Positions 43,825 through 54,697 are shown, counted from the stretch's first letter. The stretch: DNA of 64,000 bases from an uncultured Rhodospirillaceae bacterium (GCA_964557415.1 CAZLBB010000001.1:3373-67372); one strand, 5' to 3'. Numbers and translations are program-made. The notes: generated by a model not told the origin, from the sequence alone.

Positions 43825-43974
43825 GGTGGCCAGTCCCGCAAGTCCGCCTCGGGTGAGAAGCAGACTCACGTTCGCGACACCCACACCGCCCGAGCCGCCG
43901 CCATCCCCCGATTTGAACCCCACCGCCGCCGCCGTGTAGCGTAGGATATCGCCCCGATCGCGGAGGTTCGGCCG

Positions 43975-44814
43975 ATGCCCCGTCACATCGTCTGCCTGAC
44001 CGTCGACTTCGACGCCATGTCGCCGTTCGTCGCGCGCGGCCTCGTCTCGCCGTCCGCGCTCTCGCGCGGCGAGTTTTCGCTGGTGGGCGCCGACCGCCTG
44101 CTTCGGCTGTTCAATCGCTACGGCGTCCGCTCGACCTGGTTCACGCCCGGCGTCGAGATCGACACCTATCCCGACATGGCGCGCCGGGTGGTCGACGAGG
44201 GCCACGAGATGGCGCATCACGGCTATACGCACCGCCCGCCGAACACGATCGGCCGCGCCGACGAGGAGGCGGAGCTCGTGCGCGGCAACGAGGCGATCGC
44301 CCGGCTGACCGGCCGGCAGGCGCGCGGCTATCGCTCGCCCTCGTGGGAGCTGAGCCCGCACTCGATCGAGCTCCTGCTGCAGCACGGCTTCGGGTACGAC
44401 AGCAGCCTGATGGGTCACGACCATTTGCCCTACTACGCGCGGCAGGGCGACGTCATCGCCCCCGACCGGCCGCCGCGCTTCGGCCGGCCGACGGACCTCG
44501 TCGAGATGCCGATCAGCTGGTCGCTCGACGACTTCCCCCATTTCGAGTACCTGCGCCTTCCCAACAGCCTGCAGCCCGGCCTGATGTCGGCGCGCGCGGT
44601 CATGGACAACTGGCTCGACGACTTCGTCTACATGGTCGAAACCACGGACTGGGGCGTGCTGACCTACACCTTCCATCCCTTCGTCATCGGCCGCGGCCAC
44701 CGCATCATGATGCTCGAGCTGCTGATCCGGCGGATGCAGGAAAGCGAAGCCGTGTTCCTGCGCATGGACGAGGCGGTCGACGAGTTCCGGTCGCGACGCG
44801 CGGCTGCCGCGTGA
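43975..44814 (+). CDS. Polysaccharide deacetylase (NodB-homology) family protein
   Basis: NodB motifs CLTVDFDA (TxDD-like) and HEMAHHGYTH (His-His zinc site). Confidence 0.8.
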   Translation: MPRHIVCLTVDFDAMSPFVARGLVSPSALSRGEFSLVGADRLLRLFNRYGVRSTWFTPGVEIDTYPDMARRVVDEGHEMAHHGYTHRPPNTIGRADEEAELVRGNEAIARLTGRQARGYRSPSWELSPHSIELLLQHGFGYDSSLMGHDHLPYYARQGDVIAPDRPPRFGRPTDLVEMPISWSLDDFPHFEYLRLPNSLQPGLMSARAVMDNWLDDFVYMVETTDWGVLTYTFHPFVIGRGHRIMMLELLIRRMQESEAVFLRMDEAVDEFRSRRAAAA

Positions 44815-45692
44815 GCGCGCCCGCGCCCGCCGGCGACAGCATCGTCCACGGCGTGCTCTGGGCCGTCTTCGCCGTCTTCCTGTTCTCCGCCCTGGGCGCG
44901 CTGGTCAAATGGACCAGCGCCGGCTACGCGGTCACGCAGCTCGCCTTCTTCCGCGCGACCTTCGCGCTGCTGCCGATCCTGCCGCTGCTGCTGGCGGACG
45001 GCCGGGCGTCCTTCGAGCGGCCGACCTGGCTCGGTGGGATGATCCTGCGCGGTGTGATCGGCGTCGCTGGCATGGTGATGGTCTTCTATGGCGTCGCCAA
45101 CCTGCCGCTGGCGGATTCCGTCGCGATCTCCTTCACGGTGCCGCTATGGGTGACGGCACTGGCCGCCCCGTTCCTCGGCGAACGCGTCGGCCTGCGCGGC
45201 TGGATCGCGGTCGCCGCGGGTTTCCTCGGCGTGATGATCATCGCGCCGCCGACCGGACGCTCCGATCTCGTGCCGGCGCTGGTCTGCCTCGTGGGCAACG
45301 GGCTGATCGGCTGCACGCTGATCCTGCTGCGCCGTTTGGGGCGCCATCACCGTACCGCCACGATCGTCTTCTACTACACGGTCGCGCTGATCATCGGCAC
45401 CGCCTGCCTCGCGCCGCTGGACTGGCGTACGCCGGAGACGGGCGACTGGCCGTTTCTTGTCGCGCTCGGCGTGATGGGCGGGTCGGCACACCTGGTGCTG
45501 ACCCAGGCCTACCGCCTGGCGCCGGCGCCGACGGTCGCGACGATCGACTACACCGCGATCTTCTGGGGCGTGCTGTTCGGCTACGCGATTTGGGGCGAAC
45601 GGCCGGGCGTCAATCTCGCGCTCGGCGCAGCGGTCGTGATCGCCAGCGGTCTCTATATCGTGCGCCGACGCCAGCCCGCGCCGGTCGCTTAA
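44811..45692 (+). CDS. DMT-superfamily (EamA-like) transporter, GTG start overlapping the upstream stop
   Basis: GTGA overlap with the deacetylase stop. Hydrophobic EamA-like sequence (VHGVLWAVFAVFLFSALGALVKW...). The ORF-track entry 44343..45692 is over-extended upstream. Confidence 0.7.
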   Translation: MSAPAPAGDSIVHGVLWAVFAVFLFSALGALVKWTSAGYAVTQLAFFRATFALLPILPLLLADGRASFERPTWLGGMILRGVIGVAGMVMVFYGVANLPLADSVAISFTVPLWVTALAAPFLGERVGLRGWIAVAAGFLGVMIIAPPTGRSDLVPALVCLVGNGLIGCTLILLRRLGRHHRTATIVFYYTVALIIGTACLAPLDWRTPETGDWPFLVALGVMGGSAHLVLTQAYRLAPAPTVATIDYTAIFWGVLFGYAIWGERPGVNLALGAAVVIASGLYIVRRRQPAPVA

Positions 45693-46378
45693 GCCTTGCG
45701 CCGGGCGCCGGCCAGCACGATCGGCGGCGCGCGGTCGGGATCAAGGGCGCGCGCGACGTAGCTCGTCATGTGCGGCTCGTAGCCGGTCCATATCCGCCGC
45801 AGTTCCGCGACCGGCCGCTCGTGCCAGTCGACGCGCAGGTCGACCACCGGCCACACCTCGCGGTCGGCCACCTTCAATCCGGCCGCGCGCTCCTCCATGT
45901 ACTCGCCGCCGGCGGCAAGCCCGGCCTCCAGCGCGCGCAGCAGCCGTTCCGCGAGATGGAGCTCCGGCCCGGTCGCCTCGAAGGCTGCGACCATGGCGCG
46001 CGGCACGCCGTCGTTCGCCACGACGTTGCAGCCCGACGCGCAGTCTCTACCTTCGGCGGTCGCACTCACCGGACCGCAGCGCGCGCCGGTGAAACAGGCC
46101 GTGCGCCCGGCGCGATCGATGACCGCAAGCTGACGCCAGGGCGCCTGCGCTCCGGCCGCCGCAACCAGCGCATCGCGCGCCGTCGGCGCGTCGTAGCCGC
46201 GTCCCAGCAGGTCGAGCCCCAGCGATCCCAGGCGCGGATCGGTGATGTGCAGCGTGGCGACGGCGCCGACACCGGCCGCCGCCCAAGCGCAGCGGCTCGC
46301 GACAACGACGGCGGAGGAGGAAAGCGCCACGCCGATCATGCCCGTCCGCGCGCATCGCGCCACCAGCGAAAACGTCAC
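45689..46378 (-). CDS. DUF1028-family protein (Ntn-hydrolase-like fold)
   Basis: ORF 45689..46498 trimmed to a GTG start giving (M)TFSLVARCARTGMIGVALSSS, the typical DUF1028 N-terminus. AGGA lies 10 nt upstream. Confidence 0.65.
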   Translation of the reverse strand: MTFSLVARCARTGMIGVALSSSAVVVASRCAWAAAGVGAVATLHITDPRLGSLGLDLLGRGYDAPTARDALVAAAGAQAPWRQLAVIDRAGRTACFTGARCGPVSATAEGRDCASGCNVVANDGVPRAMVAAFEATGPELHLAERLLRALEAGLAAGGEYMEERAAGLKVADREVWPVVDLRVDWHERPVAELRRIWTGYEPHMTSYVARALDPDRAPPIVLAGARRKA

Positions 46379-46527
46379 GGGTTCATCATCCTGAACGCTC
46401 GCGCCTCGGCCAAAGTCCCGCCCGATCGCATTGACCGCGCTTACAGCATCGTTCAGACTTTCGCAATCGAAGAACGACGCGGCATCGAACGGCCGCACGA
46501 GTCTGTGGGGGTTGGATCGGCGCGGCG

Positions 46528-47688
46528 ATGTTGCAGACGGACGCTGCGGCCGCTCGCACCTCGGTCGACTTGCGGCTCGAGGAGGTGAGCAAGAGTTTCG
46601 GCAGCGTCGCGGCGCTGCGGCCCTCGTCGCTTGCCGTCGAAGCGGGGCTCCTGGTCTCTCTGCTCGGTCCCTCCGGCTGCGGCAAGACGACCACGCTGCG
46701 GCTGATCGCCGGGTTCGAGGCGCCCGATACCGGCCGCATCGTGATCGGAGGCCAGGACGTCGGCGACCTGCCGCCGAACCGGCGGCGGCTCGGCATGGTG
46801 TTCCAGAACTACAGCCTGTTCCCGCACATGACCGTCGGCGAGAACGTCGCCTTCGGCCTGAAGATCGCGGGCATCGGGCGCGACGAGGCGCGCCGCCGCG
46901 TGCGCTCGATCCTGGAGCTGGTGCGGCTGCCCGGTTTCGAGGACCGCTTCGCGCACCAGCTCTCGGGCGGCCAGCAGCAGCGCGTTGCGCTCGCCCGCTC
47001 TCTCATCACCAATCCTTCGGTCCTGCTGCTCGACGAGCCGCTCGGCGCGCTCGACAAGAACCTGCGCGAGAGCATGCAGTTCGAGCTGCGCCGCATCCAG
47101 CAGAGCCTCGGCACCACGACGATCCTGGTGACGCACGACCAGGAGGAAGCTCTGACCATGAGCGATCGCGTCGCCGTCATGAACCACGGGTCGATCCTGC
47201 AATACGGCACGCCGACCGAGGTATACGAGCATCCGCGTACGCGTTTCGTTTCCGAGTTTCTCGGCACCTCCAACCTGTTCCGCGGACACGCGGCGCGCAG
47301 CGCCAACGGCACCGGGCTCCGCCTCGAGGTGGCGCGTGACGGCGCGCCGCCCATCGTGCTGCGGGTCGCGCGCAACGGCGCGGAGCCGAAGCCGGGTGAG
47401 CAAGCGCTGGTCGCGATCCGGCCGGAGAAGATGCGCCTCACCCGCACGGCGCCGGCGGCGCTGGGACGCGAGCTCGACGGCGTGACGGCCAAGGTGATCG
47501 ACTCCGTGTTCCGCGGTACCTACCACGCCTATCAGGTCGGGCTTTCCGGCCGCGGCGACCCTCTGTTCGTCTACCAGCAGGCGATCGACGCCGACGGGCA
47601 GGGCGTGTTCCCGCCCGGCAGCGACGTTCACGTCACCTGGTCGCCGGACAACGTCGTCGCGCTGGCCGACGACGGGGACGCGGCATGA
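46528..47688 (+). CDS. ABC transporter ATP-binding protein (PotA-like)
   Basis: Walker A GPSGCGKTT and LSGGQQQRVALARSL. The stop overlaps the hyuA start (ATGA). Confidence 0.9.
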   Translation: MLQTDAAAARTSVDLRLEEVSKSFGSVAALRPSSLAVEAGLLVSLLGPSGCGKTTTLRLIAGFEAPDTGRIVIGGQDVGDLPPNRRRLGMVFQNYSLFPHMTVGENVAFGLKIAGIGRDEARRRVRSILELVRLPGFEDRFAHQLSGGQQQRVALARSLITNPSVLLLDEPLGALDKNLRESMQFELRRIQQSLGTTTILVTHDQEEALTMSDRVAVMNHGSILQYGTPTEVYEHPRTRFVSEFLGTSNLFRGHAARSANGTGLRLEVARDGAPPIVLRVARNGAEPKPGEQALVAIRPEKMRLTRTAPAALGRELDGVTAKVIDSVFRGTYHAYQVGLSGRGDPLFVYQQAIDADGQGVFPPGSDVHVTWSPDNVVALADDGDAA

Positions 47689-49754
47689 CGGCGGTCGCCG
47701 CGCCAGCGCGCTGCCGCGTCGGCATCGATGTCGGCGGCACCTTCACCGACTTCGTGTTGACGGACACGGGGACCGGCGCGCTGACCTACTTCAAGGAGCC
47801 GAGCGTGCCGTCCGATCCGTCGCTGGCGGTCGAGCGCGGCATGCTGGGTCTGCTCGAGCGCGCCCGGAAAACCCCGGCTCAGGTGGAGCTTGTCGTGCAC
47901 GGCACGACCCTCGGCGTCAACGCGATCATCCAGCGACGCGGCGCGCGCGTCGCGCTGGTCACCAGCCGCGGCAACCGCGACGTGCTGGAGATCGCGCGCT
48001 GCCGCATGCCGTCCTCCTACGACCTGCACGCCGGCAAGGAGGAACCGCTCGTGCCGCGCAACCTGTCGTTCGAGATCGCCGCGCGCGGCCGCGCCGACGG
48101 CTCGGCGGCGCTCGAACCGACCGACGCGGAGATCGCCGCCCTGGCCGAGCGCATCGCGGCGGCGGGGGTGTCGGCTGTCGCAGTGATGCTGCTCAACTCC
48201 TATGCCGATCCCGCGCTGGAGCGCCGCGTCGCCGACGGCCTCGGCGCACGCCTGCCCGGCGTCCTGGTGAGCTGCTCGGCCGAGGTCTGGCCCGAGATCC
48301 GCGAGTACGAACGCGCGCTCGTGGCGACGCTCAATGCCTACATCCATCCGTTGCTGGACCGCTACTACACCACGCTGCGCGAGCGCATGGACCGCATCGG
48401 CGTGCGCGCACCGCTCTACATCACGGCGTCGAACGGCGGTTCGCTCAGCCTCGAGAGCGCACGGGCGCGACCGATCGAGACGGCGATGTCGGGACCGGCC
48501 TCGGGCGTCGTGGCCGCCGCGCGCACCTCCGCCCTGGCGGACCGACCGCGCATCATCACCTTCGACATGGGCGGGACCAGCAGCGACATCGCCGTCTCGG
48601 AGGGCGGCGAGCCGGAATACACGACGCGGACAATGATCGGGGATTTCCCGCTGGTGCTGCCGGTCGTCAACGTGTCCTCGATCGGCGCCGGCGGCGGTTC
48701 GCTGGTGTGGGTCGATCCCCAGGGCGTGCTGAAGGTCGGGCCCGACAGCGCCGGCGCCGATCCCGGGCCGATCTGCTACCGGCGCGGCGGCACGCAGCCG
48801 ACCGTGACCGATTGCTACGTCGCGACCGGCATCATCGACCCGGCGGCGTTCCTCGGCGGGCGCATGACACTCGACCGCGACGCGGCCGTCGCCGCGCTCG
48901 ACCGCGTCGCCGGGGCGATCGGCGTCGAGGGACCTGACGCGGCAGCCCGCGCGGCCGAGTCGGCGCTGGCCGTCGCCACGGCCCGCATGGCGACCGAGCT
49001 GTTCAAGGGACTGGCGCAGCGCGGGCTCGATCCGCGCCGCTTCGCGCTCGTGCCGTTCGGCGGCGCCGGACCGACGCACAGCAACCTGTTGGCGGAAGAG
49101 GCGCGCCTCGACACGATCGTCGTGCCGCCTGCGCCCGGCACGTTCTGCGCCATGGGCGCCATCCTCGCCGACATCAAGCGCGACTACGTGCGCACCGTGC
49201 GGAGCCGCCTGGACGCCGGCCTCGCGCGCCGGCTTTGCGAGCTGTTCGGCGAGCTGGCGGCGGAGGCGCGCGCCTGGCTCGACCACGAGGGCGATATCGT
49301 CGGCGCCACCCGCATGCGCTACGGCGCCGACATGCGCTACGCCGGCCAGGCCTACGAACTGCCGGTCGTGCTGCCGGCGATGACGGGTGAGGTCGATGCC
49401 GCGGCGATCGCCGAACTGTTCCACGAGGCGCACGAGCGGGTCTACGGGTTCCGCGACGCCGCCAGTCCGATCGAGATCACCACGATCCGGCTCGGCATCG
49501 CCGGCAAGGTGCCGCCGGTCGCAGCGCCCCGCCGCGCGCCGACCGCCGGCGCGCCCGAGCCGCATGGCCGGCGCCGGGTGTTCCGCCGCGGCGGCTGGGT
49601 CGAGGCCCGGGTCTATCGCCGCACGGCGCTTGCTCCCGGGGCGACGTTCGCCGGCCCGGCGCTGGTCGAGCAGGAAGACACCACGACCTGGGTCCTGCCG
49701 GGGTGGCGGGCGAAGGTCGATGACGCCGACAACATCCACATCACGCGCGATTGA
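47685..49754 (+). CDS. hyuA: Hydantoinase/oxoprolinase A-subunit family (HyuA-like)
   Basis: N-terminus RVGIDVGGTFTDFVL. 689-aa HyuA-family sequence. Confidence 0.9.
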   Translation: MTAVAAPARCRVGIDVGGTFTDFVLTDTGTGALTYFKEPSVPSDPSLAVERGMLGLLERARKTPAQVELVVHGTTLGVNAIIQRRGARVALVTSRGNRDVLEIARCRMPSSYDLHAGKEEPLVPRNLSFEIAARGRADGSAALEPTDAEIAALAERIAAAGVSAVAVMLLNSYADPALERRVADGLGARLPGVLVSCSAEVWPEIREYERALVATLNAYIHPLLDRYYTTLRERMDRIGVRAPLYITASNGGSLSLESARARPIETAMSGPASGVVAAARTSALADRPRIITFDMGGTSSDIAVSEGGEPEYTTRTMIGDFPLVLPVVNVSSIGAGGGSLVWVDPQGVLKVGPDSAGADPGPICYRRGGTQPTVTDCYVATGIIDPAAFLGGRMTLDRDAAVAALDRVAGAIGVEGPDAAARAAESALAVATARMATELFKGLAQRGLDPRRFALVPFGGAGPTHSNLLAEEARLDTIVVPPAPGTFCAMGAILADIKRDYVRTVRSRLDAGLARRLCELFGELAAEARAWLDHEGDIVGATRMRYGADMRYAGQAYELPVVLPAMTGEVDAAAIAELFHEAHERVYGFRDAASPIEITTIRLGIAGKVPPVAAPRRAPTAGAPEPHGRRRVFRRGGWVEARVYRRTALAPGATFAGPALVEQEDTTTWVLPGWRAKVDDADNIHITRD

Positions 49755-49773
49755 GCGAGAAGCGGTGACAACG

Positions 49774-51792
49774 ATGCGAACCGACCCGGTGCTGCTGGAG
49801 ATCCTCTCCAACAAGGCCATCGCGACGGCCGAGGAGATGGGCTACGCGCTGCAGCGCACCGGCCGCACGCTGTACGTGAAGGAGACGGCGGACTTCGGCA
49901 CCGCGCTGGTCAAGCCCGACGGCAAGTTCTTCGCCTATCCGGCCGCGATCGGCGTGTCCGGCTTCATCGACCTGGATTGCGGTCCCTCCATCCGCGCCGT
50001 CAAGGAGCTCGCGCCGGGCGACGTGATCATCACCAACCACCCATACGCCTCGGAGGGCCTCGCGACGCACACGCCGGACGTGCACCTGATCCAGCCCTAT
50101 TTCCACCAGGGGCGGATCGTCTGCTACGGCTGGTCCTTCATCCATATCAGCGACGTCGGCGGCGCCGTTCCGTCGAGCATCTCGCCGCGCAGCCGCGAAG
50201 TGTACCAGGAAGGATTCCTGATCCCGCCGATGAAGCTGCGCCGCGGCAGCGAGCTGAATCCGGACTTCCTGACCTTGTTCCTCGCGAACTGCCGCACGCC
50301 CGAAACCAATCTCGGCGACATCCGCGCGATGCTCGCCGCCCTCGAGGTCGGCCGGCGCCGCGTCGACGAGATGATCGGGCAGCACGGGCTCGACGTGTTC
50401 CTGCAGGCCCAGGAGGACATCGTCGTCTACACCGCGCGCCGGGCGCGCGACGCGCTGCGCCGTCTGGCCGACGGGCGCTACGAGTTCTGGGACTATCTCG
50501 ACGACGACCTCGCCACGGGCATCCCCTTGCGCGTGCGCGTAGCGGTGACCATCCGCGACGGCGAGGCCCAGGTCGACTACACCGGCACCGATCCGCAGGT
50601 GATGGCTGCCTACAATATTCCCACGGGCGGCAAGCGGCATCCGTGGCTCACGCTCAAGCTCGTGCATTTCGTCTGCACGATGGATCGCGGCATCCCGCTG
50701 AACGAGGGCCTGTTCCATCCCGTGCACGTGACCGCGCCCAGCGGCAGCATCGTGAACCCCGAGTTCCCGGCCGCCACCGGCGTCCGGCACGCGGCCGCCA
50801 TCAGGGTCAACGACGCCTTGAACGGCGCGCTCGCCAAGGCGGCCCCGGACATCGTGCCGGCCTGCAACGGCGGCGTCACCATTCCCGTGGTGCTGGCCGA
50901 GGCGACCGGCGCCACCGGCCAGCGCAACGTGATCGTGATCGAGCCGATGATCGGCGGCATGGGCGCGCGCAAGGGCCATGACGGCGTCGACGGGCGCGAC
51001 AGCAGCATCTCCAACCTGGCGAACAACCCGCTGGAGACGGTCGAAGCCGACGCCGCCATCGAGGTGCTCGACTACGCCGTGCGGCCCGATTCCGGCGGCG
51101 CCGGGCAATGGCGCGGCGGCAACGGTCTCGTGCTGACCTTCCGCGTGCTGAGCGAGGGCGCGTCGATCCTGGGCCGCGGCATGGAGCGCTTCCGCTTCCA
51201 GCCCTATGGCGTCGCCGGCGGCCAGCCTGGGGCGCCGGCGCGCACGGTGCTCGACATGGGCCGTCCCGGCGAGCGCGAGCTCGGCAAGATCGACATGCTG
51301 GACCTGAAGGCGGGTGACGTGGTGACGGTGATGACACCCGGCGGCGGCGGCTGGGGCGATCCGCTCGAGCGCGATCCGCAGGCGGTAGTGGCCGACGTGT
51401 CGCGCGGCTTCGTCAGCGCCGAGGCAGCGGCCCGAGTCTATGGCGTGGTCATCCGCGAGGAACGCCTCGACGCGGCCGCGACCCAGGCCCGCCGCCACGC
51501 CGTGCCCGCGCGGCCGGCCGAGGCCTTCTCCTTCGGACCGGAGCGGACGGCGTGGGAGCGCGTATTCGACGACCGGCGCGCCGTCGCGCTGAATGCGGCG
51601 CTCGAGCCGTTGCCGGTGGCGCAGCGGCAGCACGAGCGCCGCCGCGCGATCCTGGCGGTGGTGCCGGAACTGGCGGACGACCCGAAGGCTGTCCTTGCGG
51701 AAGCCTTGCGCGACGCCGCCGCGCGGGAACGGCGGCTCGATGCCGAGCTCGCGCGGCTCGGCGCCGCGCGGATCGGCCGCGCGGCGGAATAG
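49774..51792 (+). CDS. hyuB: Hydantoinase B/oxoprolinase family (HyuB-like)
   Basis: ORF 49387..51792 trimmed to MRTDPVLLEILSNKAIATAEEMGYALQRTG, the typical HyuB N-terminus. Confidence 0.9.
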   Translation: MRTDPVLLEILSNKAIATAEEMGYALQRTGRTLYVKETADFGTALVKPDGKFFAYPAAIGVSGFIDLDCGPSIRAVKELAPGDVIITNHPYASEGLATHTPDVHLIQPYFHQGRIVCYGWSFIHISDVGGAVPSSISPRSREVYQEGFLIPPMKLRRGSELNPDFLTLFLANCRTPETNLGDIRAMLAALEVGRRRVDEMIGQHGLDVFLQAQEDIVVYTARRARDALRRLADGRYEFWDYLDDDLATGIPLRVRVAVTIRDGEAQVDYTGTDPQVMAAYNIPTGGKRHPWLTLKLVHFVCTMDRGIPLNEGLFHPVHVTAPSGSIVNPEFPAATGVRHAAAIRVNDALNGALAKAAPDIVPACNGGVTIPVVLAEATGATGQRNVIVIEPMIGGMGARKGHDGVDGRDSSISNLANNPLETVEADAAIEVLDYAVRPDSGGAGQWRGGNGLVLTFRVLSEGASILGRGMERFRFQPYGVAGGQPGAPARTVLDMGRPGERELGKIDMLDLKAGDVVTVMTPGGGGWGDPLERDPQAVVADVSRGFVSAEAAARVYGVVIREERLDAAATQARRHAVPARPAEAFSFGPERTAWERVFDDRRAVALNAALEPLPVAQRQHERRRAILAVVPELADDPKAVLAEALRDAAARERRLDAELARLGAARIGRAAE

Positions 51793-51830
51793 CAACCCGT
51801 CCCAAGGGGACGACAACAAGGGAGAGCGAC

Positions 51831-52898
51831 ATGGAGACGATGGACAGAATGCGGCGACGCCGCTTCTTGCAGGCGATGGCGGCGGCCAGCGCAGCGGTGT
51901 GCATGCCGCTGGGCGGCCGGAATGCGTTCGGCCAGGGTCAGACGCTGACGGTCACGTCCTACGGCGGCATCTGGGAAAAAGCGATCAAGGAGTGCTTCGT
52001 CGCCGACTTCGAGAAGAAGAACCCCGGCGCGAAGGCCAACATCGTGCTCGGTGGGCCGGCGCAGTGGATGGGGCAGGTCGAGGCCAACCAGGCCAACCCG
52101 CCGATCCATGCCATCATGAACACCGTCGGCCTGTCCCTGATCGCCGGCCGCAAGGGCCTGGTCGAGAAGATCTCGGCCGAGAAGGTGCCGAACCTGAAGG
52201 ACGTGCCGCCCAGGTTCGCCGAGGTCGCCGATTGGTGGGGCGCCTGCTTCGACTACGGTTCGTTCGGCATCGCCTACCACCGCGACCGCGTCAAGAACCC
52301 GCCGAAGAGCTTCGCCGAGTTCATCGATCGTACGGCGAAGGGCGAATGGATGGCCGGCCTGCCGACCATCTCCTACCCGTCGACCGAGCAGATCCTGATC
52401 TGGTCCTTCTCCGACATCCTCGGCGGCGGCGTCGACAACATCGACCCGTTCTTCAAGGCGGCCGACCGCATGAAGAAGAATATCCTGTGGTGGGCCAGCG
52501 TCACGGACTTCCTGAACCAGCTCGACAGCGGCGAGATCGACATCGGCATGTACTGGGACGGCCGCACCTGGGCGCACTACGACAGCGGCGCCAAGCACAT
52601 CGCCTACGTCAATCCGAAGGAAGGCGGCGTCATGAACCCCGTCGTCGTCCAGAAGCCGAAGAACGCGCCCGAGCTGGCGTGGAAGTACATCGACTCCATG
52701 TTCGCGCCCGAGCCGCAGGCGAAGTTCGCCGAGATGCTCAATTACGGCGTCACCAACAGCAAGGTCGTCTTCAACGAAAAGCTCAAGGAGCGCATCACGC
52801 CCTGGGAGCAGACGCGCTGGCCGCCGTTCGAGAAGATCGCCGAGAAGCTGCCGGAATGGACCGAGCGGTGGAACAAGGAAATCGGCAAGAAGGGCTGA
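51831..52898 (+). CDS. ABC transporter periplasmic binding protein (family 1, PotD-like)
   Basis: ORF trimmed to METMDRMRRRRFLQAMAAASAAVCMPLGG, a Tat signal. AAGGGAGAG SD upstream. Confidence 0.85.
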   Translation: METMDRMRRRRFLQAMAAASAAVCMPLGGRNAFGQGQTLTVTSYGGIWEKAIKECFVADFEKKNPGAKANIVLGGPAQWMGQVEANQANPPIHAIMNTVGLSLIAGRKGLVEKISAEKVPNLKDVPPRFAEVADWWGACFDYGSFGIAYHRDRVKNPPKSFAEFIDRTAKGEWMAGLPTISYPSTEQILIWSFSDILGGGVDNIDPFFKAADRMKKNILWWASVTDFLNQLDSGEIDIGMYWDGRTWAHYDSGAKHIAYVNPKEGGVMNPVVVQKPKNAPELAWKYIDSMFAPEPQAKFAEMLNYGVTNSKVVFNEKLKERITPWEQTRWPPFEKIAEKLPEWTERWNKEIGKKG

Positions 52899-52956
52899 CG
52901 CGAGGGAGCGGGCGGCAAGCAGCCTCTTGCCGCCCGCGCCCTCGAAGGGTCCGAAC

Positions 52957-53856
52957 ATGACCGCCGCCGTCGCCGCACCCGCCGCATCGGCGCCCGCGCG
53001 CCGCCGCAAGGCGCATTCCGGCGCGTTGTCGATCTGGTGGGTGCTGCCGGCGGTCCTGTTCCTGATCGTTTTCTACATCTTCCCCATCGCACAGAACGGC
53101 TATCGCGGCTTCTATCCCGAGTTCGCCGGCGCGGGTCTTGCGTTCAACCTCCAGGCCTATGCCAAGCTGCTGGGCGATTCCTTCTACCTGGGCGTCATCT
53201 TCGACACGTTCTGGCTGAGCGCGCTCGTGACACTGATCTGCCTGGCGATCGGCTATCCGGTCGCCTACTTCCTGGTGCGCTATTCCGGCCGATGGAGCGG
53301 CCTCATCATCTTCCTGCTGATCGCCCCGCTCCTGACCTCGATCATCATGCGCACCTACGGCTGGCGCGTGCTGCTGGCCCGGCGCGGCCTCGTCAACAAT
53401 CTTCTACTCGACCAGCTCGGCTGGATCGATGCGCCGCTCCGGCTCGTCAACACGCAGGGCTCCGCTGTCGTCGGGCTCGTGCATGTGCTGGTCCCGTTCA
53501 TGGTGCTGGCGATCGCCTCGGTGCTGCAGGGCATCGACACGCGCCTTGAGGAATCGGCGCGCATCCTGGGCGCCAACCGGTGGCAGACCTTCCTGCGCGT
53601 GACGCTGCCGCTCAGCCTCGACGGCATCGGCACCGGGGCGATCATGGTGTTCATGATCGCCAACGGCAGCTTCGTCACCCTGCTGCTGATCGGCGGCGAC
53701 AGCTTCCGCACCCTGCCCCTGCTGATCTACCAGCAGTTCAACACGACGCGCGACTTCGGCTTCGCGGCGGCGATGGGCAACCTGCTGCTGCTGTCGGCGG
53801 TGGGATGCCTATACCTGCAGCTTCGGCTCATACGACGGCGCGGGGTCAAGGGCTGA
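52957..53856 (+). CDS. ABC transporter permease (PotB-like)
   Basis: 6-TM permease with an EAA loop (EESARILGANRWQTFLRVTLP). The start could be 52927 or 52957. Confidence 0.8.
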   Translation: MTAAVAAPAASAPARRRKAHSGALSIWWVLPAVLFLIVFYIFPIAQNGYRGFYPEFAGAGLAFNLQAYAKLLGDSFYLGVIFDTFWLSALVTLICLAIGYPVAYFLVRYSGRWSGLIIFLLIAPLLTSIIMRTYGWRVLLARRGLVNNLLLDQLGWIDAPLRLVNTQGSAVVGLVHVLVPFMVLAIASVLQGIDTRLEESARILGANRWQTFLRVTLPLSLDGIGTGAIMVFMIANGSFVTLLLIGGDSFRTLPLLIYQQFNTTRDFGFAAAMGNLLLLSAVGCLYLQLRLIRRRGVKG

Positions 53857-54671
53857 TGCGCCTGTGGCGCCGGTTCAAGCGCAATCCCGAGGCGCCGGTG
53901 CTGGGCGCCTTCGTGGTCCTGTTCTTCGCTTTCATGCTGGCGCCGATCCTCATCGTCGTGATCGTCGCCTTCAACGACGCCAACTTCATCGCCTTCCCCT
54001 TGCGCGGCTACTCGCTGCGCTGGTTCTATCGGATCGTCGAATACAGGCCATTCCTCGACTCCTTCATCGTCAGCCTGGAGCTCGCCTTTGCCTCGACCCT
54101 CGTGGCGTGCCTGCTTGGCGTGCCGGCGTCGCTGGCGCTGGTACGCGGGCGGTCGCGCTACGCCAACGCGGTCGCAACCTTTCTGTTGTCGCCGCTCGCG
54201 ATGCCGCTGATCGTGCTCGGCCTCGCCTTCCTGTTCTACCTCTCGGCGCTCGGCCTCGGCGTCTCGTTCCTGTCGCTGCTCATCTCGCACACGGTGGTCG
54301 GCCTGCCCTACATCATGCGCACCGTCGCCGGCGTCTACCGCGGCGTCTCGTCGGATTTCGAGGAGACCGCCTCGATCCTGGGGGCGAACCGGCTGCAGAC
54401 CTTCTGGTACGTCACCCTGCCCCTGATCCGGCCCGGCATCTTCGCCGGCGCGCTGTTCTCGATTCTCATCTCGTTCGACAACCTGCCGATCTCGTTCTTC
54501 TTCGGCAGCGCCGAGACCAACACGCTGCCGGTCGTGATGCTGAGCTACATCGAGCACCAGTTCGACCCCTCGATCGCGGCGCTCAGCGCCGTGCAGATGC
54601 TGCTGGCCGTGTTCGCTCTGCTGGTGGTCGAGCGCATCTACGGCCTCAAGCACATGAGCGCGCCGACCTGA
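53856..54671 (+). CDS. ABC transporter permease (PotC-like)
   Basis: ORF 53580..54671 trimmed to MRLWRRFKRNPEAPVLGAF. The start overlaps the upstream stop (TGATG). EAA loop EETASILGANRLQTFWYVTLP. Confidence 0.8.
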   Translation: MRLWRRFKRNPEAPVLGAFVVLFFAFMLAPILIVVIVAFNDANFIAFPLRGYSLRWFYRIVEYRPFLDSFIVSLELAFASTLVACLLGVPASLALVRGRSRYANAVATFLLSPLAMPLIVLGLAFLFYLSALGLGVSFLSLLISHTVVGLPYIMRTVAGVYRGVSSDFEETASILGANRLQTFWYVTLPLIRPGIFAGALFSILISFDNLPISFFFGSAETNTLPVVMLSYIEHQFDPSIAALSAVQMLLAVFALLVVERIYGLKHMSAPT

Positions 54672-54697
54672 CCACGGCGCCGGCCCAGAGGAGCCCC

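Noticed and set aside
43771-44700. Minus-strand 309-aa ORF
   Set aside because: Antisense to the polysaccharide deacetylase gene.
47628-51819. Minus-strand ORFs 47628..49820 (730 aa) and 49741..51819 (692 aa)
   Set aside because: Antisense to hyuA and hyuB.
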